Origin: the human T2T-CHM13v2.0 reference genome, Homo sapiens
Reading direction: 5' to 3' (one strand)
DNA length: 64,000 nt
Assembly (NCBI RefSeq): GCF_009914755.1
Contig: NC_060927.1
Positions within the stretch are counted from its first letter, which is position 1, and the number at the start of each line of letters is the position of its first letter. A model generated the notes under the pieces. The model was given only the letters and a program-made list of their open reading frames with translations. It ran no database searches and was not told the DNA's origin. The position numbers were made by a program, and so were the translations under genes. Below are positions 12,911 to 27,441 of the stretch, piece by piece.

Positions 12911-14899
12911 TTACAATAGCATTTTCCCAAAAAGTTACCAATAAATACCATTTCTGAAACCAAATTTCTAAAAGGTGCATGATTTTAAGGTAGTTTATTC
13001 TTGTTAAAAACATAGTAACAGATTAAAATTTAAGAATAAAAAATAAGTGAGAACACGGTTTTTGATATAAAAGAATTTTTTGAGTGTTTGAAACCGTTTT
13101 TAATCCAAAACCTGAAATACATAGATTACATGAACACCCAGGATGCTTTATTCTTACAATAATGCAATGTAAATATTTAGATATCTGAAACGAAGTATAG
13201 CTAGATTATCTAGTATAATTAGATATACCTAGTCTTATGCAAGTAGTAAGCCAAATCAAACATAAAAATTATCAAATAAATCTAAAAAAATATACACCAA
13301 TCCAAGTATTTTAATACCATAATGTCCAAACTGTGTATGGACTATAACTTGAGAGACTCTGTTTTGACTAATTTAGTCAATTTGTAAAATTAAATAATTG
13401 TTGTTATGTAACATATTTCCAGTATGCAGAATTTAAACTGTATAATGCTAATTACAGATCAACATAAACTAAAATGGTTCCAGGCAGTGAACTATGCATA
13501 TTACACAAAATGTCCTATCAAAGGACTTCTTTTGTTTCCCTCCTGTCAATGATAAGGTAACTCTAATTGCTGAAAGCAGATGCTTATTAGCATTTAAAAT
13601 GCATGTAAATTGACCATCAAAAAGAAGTGCTAAAGAATTTGGTCCATAGATAAGTGCCTCTACTTAAGTGTAGAAGTAAGTAGAGACTGATAGATATCTG
13701 ATCACTCTGACAAGAACTGGGTGGGATGGATGGCGGAGAAACAATAAAAGAAAAACAGTAGGATAATATTAAAGGCTGTTTCTATTATGGTAAGTGAATC
13801 GATATTTCTGCGTAGTTAAATTTCACATGAGTATTAACATCAAATAAGCATTGCATTTTTAAAGCACTGAGAAATCAAAGTCTACAAATTTTGTATAAAA
13901 CAGAAAATTATGTTATTTAATTAAAATGAACTCTCCTAAAAAGAGGTAGAATTGTTTTTATCTTTTTTTCCCCCATTTTTAGGTCCTTTTAAGATCATAA
14001 TATAATTTTAACTATATTTTCAATGTGACTAAGGGTCATAATCACACAATTTCTCAATTTGTATCGGTACTTTATTAACTACTTTCCAGTATGACATTAT
14101 ACAAGTATGGCAAATAGACTAAAATTTTTAAATTACCTTATATTTCCTAATTTGTTTTCATCACATGTGATTACAATAGAAAGTAATGTAAATTATCAGT
14201 GAGTCTCCTAAATGTGAACATTATTTTTTTTAAAAAAATTATATTCAAAGTACTGAAGAATATGTATTTCTCCCTTTGGTTTTCTTGGTAACAGGTAATA
14301 AAACACATTTAACCATAAATTATTCCTGGGAGCATTATATATCTATGCATATGATAAAGCAAGCTGCAGCAAAGAGATACATATTCTAATAAGGTGTTTA
14401 GATTATATTCCCATTGCATACATGCAAGTGTTTGCCAAAGTAAATTAAGCTGGAAAGATATCATTTTCTTGTTACTGATAGAGTTCATCTATATTCAGTT
14501 GCATTTCCTTTTTAATATACATTTTACTATCAAATTTCTTCAATCTCTTTTCCTCCTTTAGAATAATCTTCCCTTACTTTTTCTCATTATAATGGTCGTA
14601 AAGTGTAAAGTATATCTTATGAGCTCTTACAAGAGCACTGAGCAAGATAATAAATTTCTATTTTTTGCTCCCAAATGTTAATACCCATTTTAATAATCAT
14701 AAGCCAAACACTGTATTTTCTTTAAATTATCTAACATGTTTTAGTCTTCTAGATGTCTAAATAACGTCTAACATTAAGGGCTCCTCGTTTTTTAATTCTA
14801 ATAAAGCTCTTCAAGCATTAAGGAGAAAGGAACTAGGTGAAGTGCTTTTTATATAATTAAAACAATTATCACATCACTTTCAAATTATTCATTAGTGTG

Positions 14900-15030
14900 T
14901 TTCACATCTACAACCTGTGACCTCTCCAATGACAAGATCATGTCATCCTAATTGAAATCACCAGAGCAAACCTCCATGTCTGTTACATAGGGAGTTCTCC
15001 AAAAAGTTTGACTGAATAAATGGATGGGTG
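14900..15030 (+). mobile_element. L2 3' end fragment
   Basis: ...gttacatagggagttctccaaaaagtttgactgaataaatggatgg. Confidence 0.5.
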
Positions 15031-16089
15031 AGTAGGTGGGTGGAAAGACTGAAGGATGAATAGAATAATGCATCGACTTTCTGAAGAGGAAAAATTATGA
15101 TGGAAAACTAGAGAGCAGACATATAAATGCTTTATATCACTATATATTGTCAAAGAAAAATAGCGTCATGATACTTAGCATAAATTTGGCCCACTTTTGT
15201 TCAGCACAAGCAGAGCTAATTATACACAGGAAGGCATCTGAAAGAATTCTGAAAGACAATCTAAAATAAAATCTTTAAATTCATTGATGTCATCTCTCAA
15301 AAAGCAGTGCTTAGACATGCATGTAATTATGCAAGTCAATCATTTACATAAGAAGCATAAAAGCATCCTACAGCGGCAGAAAATTAATAAGAATAATAAT
15401 TTATTCAAGCATCTGAGATACCAAGATATGAGTTATCATCCTACACAATATCATTTGTAAATTAGAGCAATGGCACCAAGGAAAAGATATTATTATTCTC
15501 TCTATTCAAAGGTACTGAAAGCAAAAGTACAAATCAGAGAGTGAAATATAGTTTTAAAACATGTCAACACATCAGCACAGTTTGGCTGAGTGGTCAGACC
15601 TCTTTCTTTATGCCATGTTGTGTGGCTGTCTTGTTCACTTCCATCTGTATTTTCTTGCTGCTCACAGTGTAATCCTCAGCAATCACACTGTAATTAACCG
15701 CAAGTATGACTTCTCCAAATTTACCAATAAAGCAACCGTTAATGTGCCCACCTTATCAAATTGTTTAACTTAGACTCAAGAAGAGTGCCTAATCCCATTT
15801 TTATGTCAAATTAGGCACAAAGTTATTAACATTTGCCTTTATATTTCACAGATATACAGATTGGCCCTCACTCTCAAAACTAAAATGAAGATTTTCTTAT
15901 TTTCTCCAGGCAGCTTCCCTCTCTCTAAAGATTATATGCAAGTTCTATAAGGCTTGGCTGGAAAACTAATAATTACTGAGAAAGTCCGTGGGACCTTTTA
16001 TCCCCACAATCTGTTGTTGAGTACCCATGAACAAAACAACTTGCTTATCCTCTTTCAGTTGTACAATTCTTCTTTTCCTTTAATTAAAA

Positions 16090-16328
16090 AAATTATTTAA
16101 ATTGACATATAAAATTATATGCATTTATTGTGTACAACATGATTTTTTAAAGTATATATACATTGTGGAATGGTTAAATTTAGCTAATTAATATGTGTAT
16201 TATCTCACATAGTTATTTTTGTGGTGAGAACACTTAATATCCACTCTCTTAGCATTTTTCAGGAATACAATATAACATCATTAAATATAGTCACCATACT
16301 GTGCAATAGATCCCTTGAACTTATTTCC
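16090..16328 (-). mobile_element. L1MA 3' end fragment
   Basis: tgtacaacatgattttt...atagtcaccatactgtgcaatagatcccttgaactt. Confidence 0.8.
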
Positions 16329-16330
16329 TG

Positions 16331-17567
16331 TTTTTTAAAAATAATTCCAACTTTTATTTTAGATTCGGGGGTACACACGCAGCTTTGTTACATGGGTATA
16401 TTGCATAAAGTTGAGGTTTGGGGTATGAATGGTCCTATCACCCGGGTAATAAGCATAGTACTCGATAGGTAGCTTTTTAGCCCTTGTTCCAAGTAGTCCC
16501 CAGTGTCTGTTGTTGCCATCTTTATATTCATGTGTTTCCAGTGGTTAGCTCCTGCTTATAAATGAGAACATGCAGTATTTGGTTTTCTGTTTCTGTGTTA
16601 ATTCACTTAGGATAGTGGTCTCCAACTGCATCCATGTTTGTGCAAAAGATGTGATTTCATTCTTTTTATGGCTGCCTAGTATTTAAAGGTGAATATATAT
16701 TTTCTTTTATCCAACTCACTGTTGATGGGCACCTCTGTTAATGCCACGTGTCTGCTATTGTGCATAGTGCTGCAGTGAACATATAAGTGCAAGCGTCTTT
16801 TTGTTAGAACAATTTTCCTTTGGGAATATAGGCAGTAATGGGATTGCTGGGTTGAATGGTAGTTTCATTTTAGGTTCCTAGAGAAATTTTCAAACTGATC
16901 TCTACCGTGGCTTAACTAATTTCAATCCCCACCAACAGTGTATAAGTGTTGCCTTTTCTCCACAGCCTTGCCAGCGTCTAGAATGTTTTGACTTTTTAAT
17001 AAGAGCTGTTCTGACTAGAGTGAGATGGTATTTCACTGTAGTTTTCATTTGCATTTCTCTGATGATTAGTGATGCTGAACATTTTTTCTTCATATCTGTT
17101 GGCCTCTTGTATGTCTTCTTTTGAGAAGTGCCCGTTCATGTCTTTTGCCAACTTTTTAATGGGGTTATTTGTGTTTTGCTTGTTGAATTATTAAAATTCC
17201 TTTTAGACTGTGGATATTAGACCTTTGTCAGATGCATAGTTTGTGAATATTTTCTCCTATTCTGTAGGGTGTCTTTTTGAGTGTGTTGATAGTTTCTTTT
17301 GCTGTGCAGAAGCTCTTTAGTTTTTGTTGCAATTGCTTTTGAGGACTTAGTCATAAATTATTTTCCAAGGTTTATGTCCAGAATAGTATTTCCTAAGTTT
17401 TCTTGCAGGATTTTTTTTTATAATTTAAGGTCTTATATTTAAATCTTTATTCCATTTTGAGTTAATTTTTGTATATTTTGAAAGGTAGCGGTCCAGGTTC
17501 ATTCTTCTACATATTGACAGCTAGTTATCCCAGCATCATTCATTGAATAGGGCATCCCCTCCCCACT
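16331..17567 (-). mobile_element. L1PA15/16-like 3' fragment
   Basis: ttttattttagattcgggggtacac 3' end; ORF2 C-terminal peptide in ORF 16902..17093 ([18 protein letters not shown]). Confidence 0.88.
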
Positions 17568-17634
17568 TCGGTTGTAAAATTCTGATACAACTGAATTTAT
17601 GGGAAGCCTGGTCACCAATTACCAAACTTATATA

Positions 17635-19229
17635 TTTACTTAACAAATATTTAATGTGCTAAGCACTATGTCAGTCACAGAGAATACAACATTAAACAAG
17701 ACAATGTCCTTGCTTCCTGAAGCCTACAATATTGTGACAGAGTGAGAGTGAGATAGACAAATCAATATACAAAGAAGAAAATACCAAATACTGATTAGTA
17801 TTTGAAAAATGGAAAACAAGAGAATGCAATATCTATGAGAGACAATATGGATACTGTAGACTAGAAAGTACATGATTTGTGTCTCCTCTCCCTAAAGGAG
17901 GCAGTATTCCTAGACATGTTCGACCTTCGGTATGATGTTTCACATGGAAAAACAGAGTACAAATCAGAGAAGAAGAGGAAGAGCTGTTTGTTGGTAGAAA
18001 AAGCCCAGCACTGGGGAGGGGTAGCATTAGGAGATATACTTAATGTAAATGACAAGTTAATGGGTGCAGCACACCAACATGGCACATGTATACAAATGTA
18101 ACAAACCTTCACGTTTGTACATGTGCACATGTACCCTAGAACCTAAAGTATAATAATAATAATAAAAAACCTCAAACAGAAAAAAAAGGAAAAAGAAAAA
18201 GCCCAGCATTACTGTCAGAACCAGTGTATCCTCAACCATGGGAACGGAGAAAATGTTTGTCTAAAGAAACAGAGAGGCAGCTAATTAAAGTTCTTGCTCA
18301 GGTGTTCCGAAGGCACCAGTGAGAGTAGCCCTCAGACAGCCAAGGAACCTAAACAGAGATTATAAATACAAGTGCAAAAAAAGAGGAGTAGATAAGCTGA
18401 GAAATCATACCTGAAAAGAACAAGCTGTATCTTCAGAAAAGGAGAAAGGACATTTCAATAGAGAAAGAGCAATACCAAGACCCTAAGTAGGAATAAATTC
18501 AGAGTCAGAGGGCTCCAGGAACAACATAAAGAAGACCAATGGGTTTATAGTGTGATGTTGAAGAACAAACTGATACTAAAATAGAATAGATAATTTGGTA
18601 CTTAGGAAAGGTCCAGATATACCAGGGTAAATGGCTAGGGGTTTGTTTTAGAAGGATGAGGAGCCATTAGATAATTTTAAACATAGTTGTGACATAATTT
18701 GGCATAACATTAAAAAAATAAAGATCACTCAAAATACTGTACGTGGAATGGATCAGAATGGGGCAGGGGTGGAATCAGGGAGACCTGTGAGTAAGCCTAC
18801 TGTGGAAGCTCAGACAAAAAATAATCAGGGCTGAGCCCAGTAAAACAAAAAGGAAGGGACACATTTTGGAGATAACATTGTAGAACTTGCAAATTTAGTT
18901 AGATAGCGGATGGTAGGAAAAGCAGAATTGTGAATAATTCTTAAATAACTGGCTTTAGCAACTGAGAAGACAGCTGTTTCATTTTCTGAGACAAGGAGTC
19001 CTGGGAGGAGAAGAGTATTTTGGCCATGTGTAATCTAATTTGAGTATCAGCATTGACGAGGTATAAACTAGAAAGCTGGACATAAAAGCCTGGGCTAGAA
19101 GAAGTGTTCAACTTCATAGAAATGGCATTGATAGTTGTGATAGTTGACGTTATCACTAAGGGAAAGCACATAGACAGAAAAGAGAAGATAGCCCTGGAAT
19201 GAGTCATGGGGTAGGATAATATTAGGCAA
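17635..19229 (-). mobile_element. L2 fragments (degraded, interrupted by a short L1)
   Basis: ttaacaaatatttaatgtgctaagcactatg L2 tail and purine-rich L2-like body. Confidence 0.6.
18013..18193 (+). mobile_element. Short 5'-truncated L1PA 3' UTR insertion
   Basis: tagcattaggagatatac...ccctagaacctaaagtataat plus A-tail; 17-bp TSD agaaaaagcccagcaYt at 17996-18012 and 18194-18210. Confidence 0.92.
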
Positions 19230-19642
19230 TGAATAAGTTTTGGATTAAAACTATAACAAGTCACCACAAACTTAATGGCTTAAAACAATGCAAATGTCTT
19301 ATCTTAAAATGTTGGAGGTTTCAAATCCAAAATGGATCAGAGGAAGCTGAAGGAAATAATTCATTTACTTGCTTTTGCAGCTTCCAGAAGCTGCCCCATC
19401 CCTTGGCTCTTGACTCTGCATTCCTCCTACCACTGATTACATCATCACATCTCCTTCCCTGACTCTGACTCTTCCACCTCCCTCTTTCTCTTATAAGGTT
19501 CTTTGTCCTTATGTTGGACTTATCCTCCTCATTTCAAGATCCTTAATAACATATACAAAGTCGTTTTGCCACATAACATATTCACGGGTTCCAGGAATTA
19601 AGACGTGGACATCTTCGTGGGGCCATTACTCTGCCTACCACA
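19230..19642 (-). mobile_element. MLT1D-like LTR
   Basis: Ends ggggccattactctgcctaccaca; 5-bp TSD ggcaa at 19225-19229 and 19643-19647. Confidence 0.8.
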
Positions 19643-20004
19643 GGCAAGTAAGAGTCTGGATTCAATTGCACAGACTGTAACTTTAGAGCCTGCATACCAG
19701 AGTGTTTGTGGACATCAGCTACCCCTTTAAATTTCTGTGGATGGAGGTGCAATTTGGGGGAGAAAAAAATTTACTAGCCTAGTCCAGTAAATTTATAGCA
19801 TTTTTAAGATGAAAAATATTAAAGATCACCTAATATCCCTCAATTGTTACACCGATGAGAGAAGTAGTAGAAAGAATTCTTCAATGGGTTTTAGAGTCAC
19901 TAATTGGTGATAAAGCTAAGACTTAAGTCCAGGTCATTTTACATGCAGCTCCCTACACTCTCCTCTCTACAACATAACATGGCTTTTAATAAATTCATGT
20001 TGGA

Positions 20005-20150
20005 TTGCAGACTACCATTTGCTGGACAGTTTGGGGTTGAATCCTGGCTCCATCACTTATAAGATAGTACCTTGGTTATCTCTGTCCCAAGTTTCTCCAT
20101 CTGCAACACTAAGAGAATAATAGCATGTACCTATGAATGTGTTTATCAGG
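20005..20150 (+). mobile_element. MIR fragment
   Basis: ggggttgaatcctggctccatcactta...gtttctccatctgcaa. Confidence 0.6.
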
Positions 20151-22884
20151 GAGTCGGGGTTCCATCAGGAAAAAAGCATCAATAGCAGTGGTATGTAGCA
20201 TGAAATTTATGACATATATTAGACCTACAAAACTGAAACTGTGGTGCTCCCTTGCCTGCATTTCCTGACATTACTTGCAATTTTGATGAGACAATGGCAC
20301 CAGTTTTGGCTAAGCTATGAACAGAAATAGCATGTTCTATTTCTAAGCTGAGTAATGTAAGAGCTACTTTACTATCTACACCTTGCCTTTTCCATGGCTG
20401 TTGAGAATAATGGTCTGCTATTGAGAATACAGAATTGCAGAGCCTGCAAGAGAAACCCCAATGTTCTTTGTCAGTCTTTGTGTAAGGAAAAAACTGTCTT
20501 ATACCAGTAATATCTTATTTGTTACTACAACATAACATATATGAAGTTGGCATATTTTTAACTCAAAAAGGTCAAATTTCAGCAAATCTACATGTTGCAA
20601 CTTGTTAGTTAAATCAGATGAATGTAATATGTTAAGAAATGTTTTAAGAAGTCATTCAATATAATAGAATGCTAATTATACTACGAATTGTGAAATTGGT
20701 TACATTTAGCTGATGATATTGTGGTTCCACAAAAATAATCTTAAAATTTTTATTTGCTTACTTGGATACTTTTGAAAAGACATGCAAAAGAAGAGAAGGA
20801 AGAGATATCATAATTAAGTAAAAATAAAGATGATGTTGAATGATTATTGCAAAAATCAACCAAAAGGCCCAAATTCATAGCGGCTTTTCCAGTGTTTTTT
20901 GTTCCAAAGGACTTTTAATTTAAAAAGAGGAAACTAAATATTCCCAATTACAGTGTCGGAAATTCTATGTTGCACTTTTCTCTCTCATATTTCAGTTTAC
21001 CTCTCCTCATATTATAAAGCTAGAATTAGCCTGGAGAAATTTTCTATGCAGAAAAATGATAGAAACCAAAAGGTTGAAAAATATCTTTGAATTCTTCTGG
21101 CAGAATATTCCTGCTATTTGAAGCCTACATTATCAGTACACCATTGCTACCAAGTAGGTATCCAGCATCTATTTATTTCAGGGACAGGAAACTTACTAGC
21201 TATGGGAAAGCAAACAAACAAAAAAAGAGAACAAAACCCTCTCTTCAGCCAGCTATATCATTAGAAAATTCTCCATTATTCAAAATGAGTTATTTTAGTC
21301 TGTATCCATAGGTCCTATTTTTGTTCTCTGTGGATATATAGAGCAACCTAATTATTTCTCATAATTGTTTATAGCAGAAATAAAATATGTGTGTCTATGT
21401 GTCTCATAACACAAACTAATACCAATATATACACATGGTTTCCTATTTAGTCTTAATAAAAAGTTCCAGGCCAAATTTCAACTAATCTTTCCATGCACCA
21501 GCTAATTGGAAGGGCAGATTTGTTATGGTAATTTTTGGATAACAGACTGTAATAGCAATTCCCTTTTCATCAAGAAAAAAATAGAGCACTCTGCCTATTC
21601 AGATGCTATATCCACCAACCTAAATGAATACAAGAAATAAATAAATAAAAATTTTAAAAGACAGAACTGAGACAGAGAACAGTAAGTAGGGCAAATTCAT
21701 GAATTCATTTATGCCTTTGGCTAAAATACATCCCTCAAATCAGTTTGAAGCTGTTTGCACGGTAGGGTGTTTCACCTACTAATGATTTCACAGCTGGCAC
21801 GCGCATGGCATCAATGTTTATTGGCATCCTCAATGTCAGTTATTTTTAAAAAGCTTTCTTCCAGGACTCTGAATAAATTATCTATCAAGTGCAGCAGTGC
21901 ATGGCAACATCCAAGACACAATTTGCAGTCCTGCACCGGCTTCATTATTTGGTGGAAATGAAATACCAAGTCATTAAACTTTTTAAAAAATGAAGGCAAC
22001 TTGTATTCAAAATACAAGCAATTGAAAGATTTCCTCGGTCATTCTTTCAGTCCTTAATATGCGTAGTAATGAGCCTGGAAACAGGTTCAATCCCTCAGCA
22101 ATTGTTTACCTTCCTTTGAAAGACAAAAGTTGTTTTCTGTCAAACACATCACAGAAAAAGTTCAAGCAGGCTAGTTTCATTCTATTCTTCTGGGAATACT
22201 CCTGGAAAATTGGCCAGGAAAAAAGACGGCCCAAGCAATGATGATAAGAAATAACATACTCTGAAATTTACAAAGTTATATGTTATAAGTCAACAAACTA
22301 TATAGGCCGTCTGCTGAATAACTCCGTGATTCATAATTCTATGTCTGAAGATTTTTTTTTCCTTCCTCACATATTGTAAGCTTTAAAAAATATTAAGGAG
22401 ATGGAAAGAGCTTTACCTTGATCTGGTTATATAGGCCTTATCAATTTCATGCAAAATGGCAATACTTTCTTGACAATGAATTTCTACATATCTGTAGTCT
22501 CTCCTGCTGTGTTTACTATGAATTTTGATGATGCTTTATGTAAGCCTCAGAGCTATTTGATGTTGTCATACCTTTAATCCATGAACTGAGATTCATAGTC
22601 CATCAAACAACATTTAGTCACAAACCAATATGAAGGCAATGTTATCTAGCACAGCTTGTTTTGCTGTTGGTTTATCAACGCAACAAATAATGATACAGCG
22701 TAACATCTTTATAATGTGAATGTTGAGGAAAGCCTTAAACACTTACTTATAAGTTAACCAAGCATACCTGTGATTCCACTCTGCATTAGAGTGGAATCTG
22801 TGGAGTTAAAAAAAAAAGTATTCTATTGGCATTATCCAGCAAAGTTTAAATGCAGTTAAACATTTGATTATTGTGGTTATAACA

Positions 22885-23030
22885 TGGTTATTCTCCACTG
22901 TAGTTAAGTTCCATGAAGACAGACACTTTTTTCTTCTTCAGTATATTTGCATAATTTAACATGTTCCTGGCATGGTAGATACATAGCCAGCATTTGTTCA
23001 GTGAATGAATATATAACTGAAAGTGACTGG
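22885..23030 (+). mobile_element. L2 3' end
   Basis: taagttccatgaagacagacact...cctggcatggtagatacat...gaatgaat. Confidence 0.65.
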
Positions 23031-23235
23031 CATATTTGGATTCTTCAGTCTTCCTGCATTCAATTGACTCTACTAGAGCAGGGGTTGCATTGAAAATGTG
23101 CCTCACAAATAATCACCATATCTTTTTGGTGTTCCAAGTATTGTAATGACAAATTTAATAGAAAAATACTAGCACTGAATGAAATTTAGAGTTAATCCAG
23201 GATAAGCTGCTAACCAACACCAGAATACTCTTGAT

Positions 23236-23382
23236 TGTGGAAGGCAGCTTCTAAGATGATCCTAGCCTCCTGATCTTGATGCCTTTTGTAATATCATTCC
23301 CTTTAACATTCAAGGGAATGCAAGTACTAGCTTCTAATTTGGCAAATGTGAAAGAATGTCAGTTCTGAGATTAGGATACAGA

Positions 23383-23431
<49 letters not shown>

Positions 23432-23900
23432 CAACCATAGGTGTGATTTCACTGTGCATTACAAATATGTTTTAGACATAATTTAACCTGTGGTATATCT
23501 GAACCTGTGGAATAAAAAAAAAAGGCAAGGACTGTTCTCACTGTCAGAGTCCCCTGTCACATTCTGTGCCCCATTTCTCAGACTGGGAAAAACAAATTGC
23601 CATGTGTGAAGAGCCCTACGGAGAGCTTCATGTAGCCCTGTGAAGAGGTCCAGGAGCCCTTGAAGAACTGAAGTCTGACAACAATCACGTGAGTGAGCTT
23701 CGAAGTGAATCATTCAATGCCAACCCAGTCCTAAGAAAACTAACCATCCGTCTGAAAGCTTGGTTACAAATGACAGACTGAGAGTCAGAGCGACCCAAGC
23801 TGCCTCGAGATTTCTGACCCACAGCAACCCAGACATAATAAATGTTCGTTGTTCTCAGACACTAAATTTTGAGGTGACTTGTTACATGGACTGCTAATAT
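23236..23900 (+). mobile_element. MLT1F-like LTR containing a (CT)n tract and a foreign insert
   Basis: tgtggaaggcagcttctaagatg start; cacgtgagtgagctt; ataataaatgttcgttgt...gttacatg end. Confidence 0.75.
23385..23426. repeat. (CT)n microsatellite
   Basis: Seen directly. Confidence 0.95.
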
Positions 23901-24213
23901 GCTGAAAGTGTGATTCTTGCTCTCAGTGAATATATAAATCATCGACTATAATTTAACATGTGTATCAATGAGGAATTCATGGATGTAGGAGAGCCCCAAT
24001 GAAATAAACATCTTCTTAATTTCTTAATTTTAAGTTGAAGTATGCCATCTTATGATATCCATCTATCAATTATCAATAAATAAGACATATCATTCTTCTT
24101 ACATTATATTTTAATAAGGGAGACAGGCAGTAAGCACATTTAAAAATAAACAAAGTAATTGCCTATTTTATTATATACTAGTAGGGAATGGACAAGGTAA
24201 GAGGTTGGGTGTA

Positions 24214-24398
24214 GGCTAGGTCTGAGGCTCATGCCTGTAATCTCAGCACTCTGGGAGGCTGAGCGTGACTTGAGCACTCTGGGAGGTGTGAGTATGACTT
24301 GAGCTCAGGAGGTTAAGGCTGCAGTGAGCTACATACCTTCCAGCCTGGGCAAAAGGATGAGACCCTCTCTCAAAACTAATCAAATACAAATAAATAAA
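24214..24398 (+). mobile_element. Alu monomer (FAM/FRAM-like) with an internal ~28-bp tandem duplication
   Basis: ggctcatgcctgtaatctcagcact...ggctgcagtgagct...A-rich tail; agcactctgggagg..tgacttg at 24245-24272 and 24273-24301. Confidence 0.75.
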
Positions 24399-24399
24399 T

Positions 24400-24810
24400 T
24401 TTTTTTTAAATGCAGGATGAAATTGGAGAAGGTCTCATTAGATGGTATAGCAAGGAAGGCATCTCTTAGAAGATGATATTTGAACTGGGTTTAAAGAATA
24501 AGAATCAGCCAGTCATATGAAGAGCTCTGGGGGAAGATCAGTTGAGACAAACAGAACAATAAGGATGACATCCTGGAGGTGAGAAAAAGCTTGTTAATTT
24601 TTGAGGAATACAAATAAAGACAATTAGGTTGAAGCATAATGAGAACTGGAGGAAATGGTTGGTTAGTGATAAAGTACGAAAAGCTGGCAGGGGCCAGGTG
24701 TTGCAGGGCTTTGATAGCCAAGTAAAGGGGCTCCCTTTTTCTTCTCTTTTAACACAATTGGAGGCCATTAAAGGTTCTAACCAAGAGGATATCATGACTT
24801 ACTTAAACTG
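24400..24810 (-). mobile_element. L2 fragment
   Basis: aaggaaggcatctcttagaagatgatatttgaactg...ggaggccattaaaggtt. Confidence 0.65.
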
Positions 24811-25342
24811 TCATACTTGGGCCTGCATAGGCCTTGTTAAGACTGTGCCTTAGGTATGTATTTGACTCTCTCAAGTATATCAAGGCCTAGGAGTTAAGGC
24901 TAACATGTTATTTCATGGAAATTACTAAATTATTTATTCTCTCCTCTTGCTGGTAGGGAAACTTTTGGCTCTCTTTCTTTAAAGAATTTTCAGTCAAAGG
25001 ATCCCTCTTATATTCAGAAAGAATGGTAATCTCTTCTCTAGAATCTCTTCTTTTCAACTTGACCCTTGAAAAATCCACGACAATTTCCTAAGTTTAGATC
25101 CTGGGCTGAGAACGTACTATTGAAGAAATCATTATAATATCAATAACATAAAACGAGGTATAGGTAACAGACTGAATGCCTCCAATATGCAAGAAGTTCT
25201 AATCATGGCATTAGAAAATATCAGTCAACAGCAGTGCAGTGTAGAAGGTGTGCTACATTTATACTATTTCTTGAACATCTCACACCATCTTCTTAGTCTT
25301 TGATCAAACATGAGAAAAATACATTAAGGTCATTGTCTCTGG

Positions 25343-25763
25343 GTATATAGGTTAACTATTGCTGTGTAACAACAACTACAAACATATATAAAATCTCAGT
25401 GGCATAAACAATTACACAGATTGGCTGGAGAAGCTCTGCTTCTGGCTGTGGTTCAATTCACCTTTGTTTCAGGCTGTGAGTCAGCTTCATGTATTTTCTT
25501 ATGGGCCTAAACTTAAGGAATAAAAGCTACTTTGGACATCTACTCATTGCAGAAGTTGGGAACAACAAGCAAGTAAGTAAAACAAATATGTAATACCTGG
25601 GCTCATAACTGGTATATGCTGTCTCTTCTGCCCACATACCATTGGCCAAACCAAAGCACAAAACAAAACTCACTATCAGTGAGGGTGAGCACTACACTTT
25701 GCCTATGAAGAAGTACGTAGGGAGAAGAGTGATTATTTTTTGAACACTAATATAAGCTACCAC
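25343..25763 (-). mobile_element. MLT1J/K-like LTR
   Basis: ctattgctgtgtaacaac...aatctcagtggc...cattggccaaac...taagctaccaca. Confidence 0.7.
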
Positions 25764-26039
25764 ACAGTAGGTAACCTATTCCTATCCCTACAACAGAAAT
25801 ACATGGTCATTTTATAAGAACTCTTGGGCTGGATTGAGGTAACATTTCTGACTAAAGCTAAGTTGTAATCTGAAGGGTTTCTGGCCCCCATAGGTATTCT
25901 CTTTAGTTGGCCACCTTTCTTTCTTGGCTGTATAGTTCTCTCTGTCCAGCTGATACGTATAGCCATCCAAATAGACCACTTCCTTATGCCTAGTATAGTC
26001 TCCATTCTGAAGCCTGTATAGTGTTGATGGCATAGTTTA

Positions 26040-26449
<410 letters not shown>

Positions 26450-27441
26450 TCATAGAAACAAAAAGTGATGTCATCTGGTTTCTACCAAAACAGGAGGCTG
26501 AGCATGTGCCATGAGGAGGTTGTAAAAGTGCCTTGGGATCACAGTGTCTCAGGATAGCAGGAAAGGATCCTCTGCTCTTGGGTTAACTTACTACTACATC
26601 TCCCTCCAGAAATGTGTGTTTGAGGTTTTGGTGTTGCTTCTGTGAAAATTGTTTTTGTCAGAAGTGAGACAGTGATAATGGTGTATGTACTAATTCTTAA
26701 ATAACAAACATCTAAAGTACAGATGTCACCCTGACATAAATTAGGCATGCCACATTCTATACATTCATGACTTCAAATTTTTCTGAGACTTTCCTCTACT
26801 TTTCAGAGAAATAATATTTGGGGAATTTTAAAATCCAGTCAGAAATGTTTGCCCTTGACATCAAACTTTAGGTCAACCATGAAACTTCTATTTTAAAATC
26901 ATTATCTAGTAAAAAAGATTATGAAATATTTTCCATAAAAATATATTTTCACATGTAGATAAACTTGTTTGTAAAAAATTAAATTTCAGTTGGTACATTT
27001 ATTAGAAAGCATGTATTCTATAAGGTTTTAGTAAGCCACTATCATATACTATTAAATGGTCATAGATAAAGCATATAAATATGAGACAATGCTTTTCAAA
27101 CTTCTGTGTTAACATTATTTGTCTAAAATTTTTTATGGTGTGAGATAACTAAATTACATTGAAAATTTATATATGTGTTTCTGAATATTGTTTCAAAAAC
27201 AATTTTTAAAAATATTTAATATATGGAAAATAATCTACCCATAGTGTTCATAGAAGTGTTCATGGTAAGACTTTATAATACAGCATAATTTTATTTCTCT
27301 ATCAGTTTCTTTACATAATTTACCTTCAACATGCCTACATAAAGTCAATTTTTCAAGTATTTTACAATTTCTATGGTCAATAATTTAGTTTTCGAAATTG
27401 TAAAAGTGAATTATAAGGGAAATTGGTATACAATCATGTAT

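Noticed and set aside
18169-18180. Possible 3' transduction (cctcaaacag) in the short L1 tail
   Set aside because: Too short to distinguish from poly-A decay
25812-26033. FLYWCH-like peptide (VVYLDGYTYQLDRE..W)
   Set aside because: It lacks the W-x-C and downstream Cys/His ligands; probably chance
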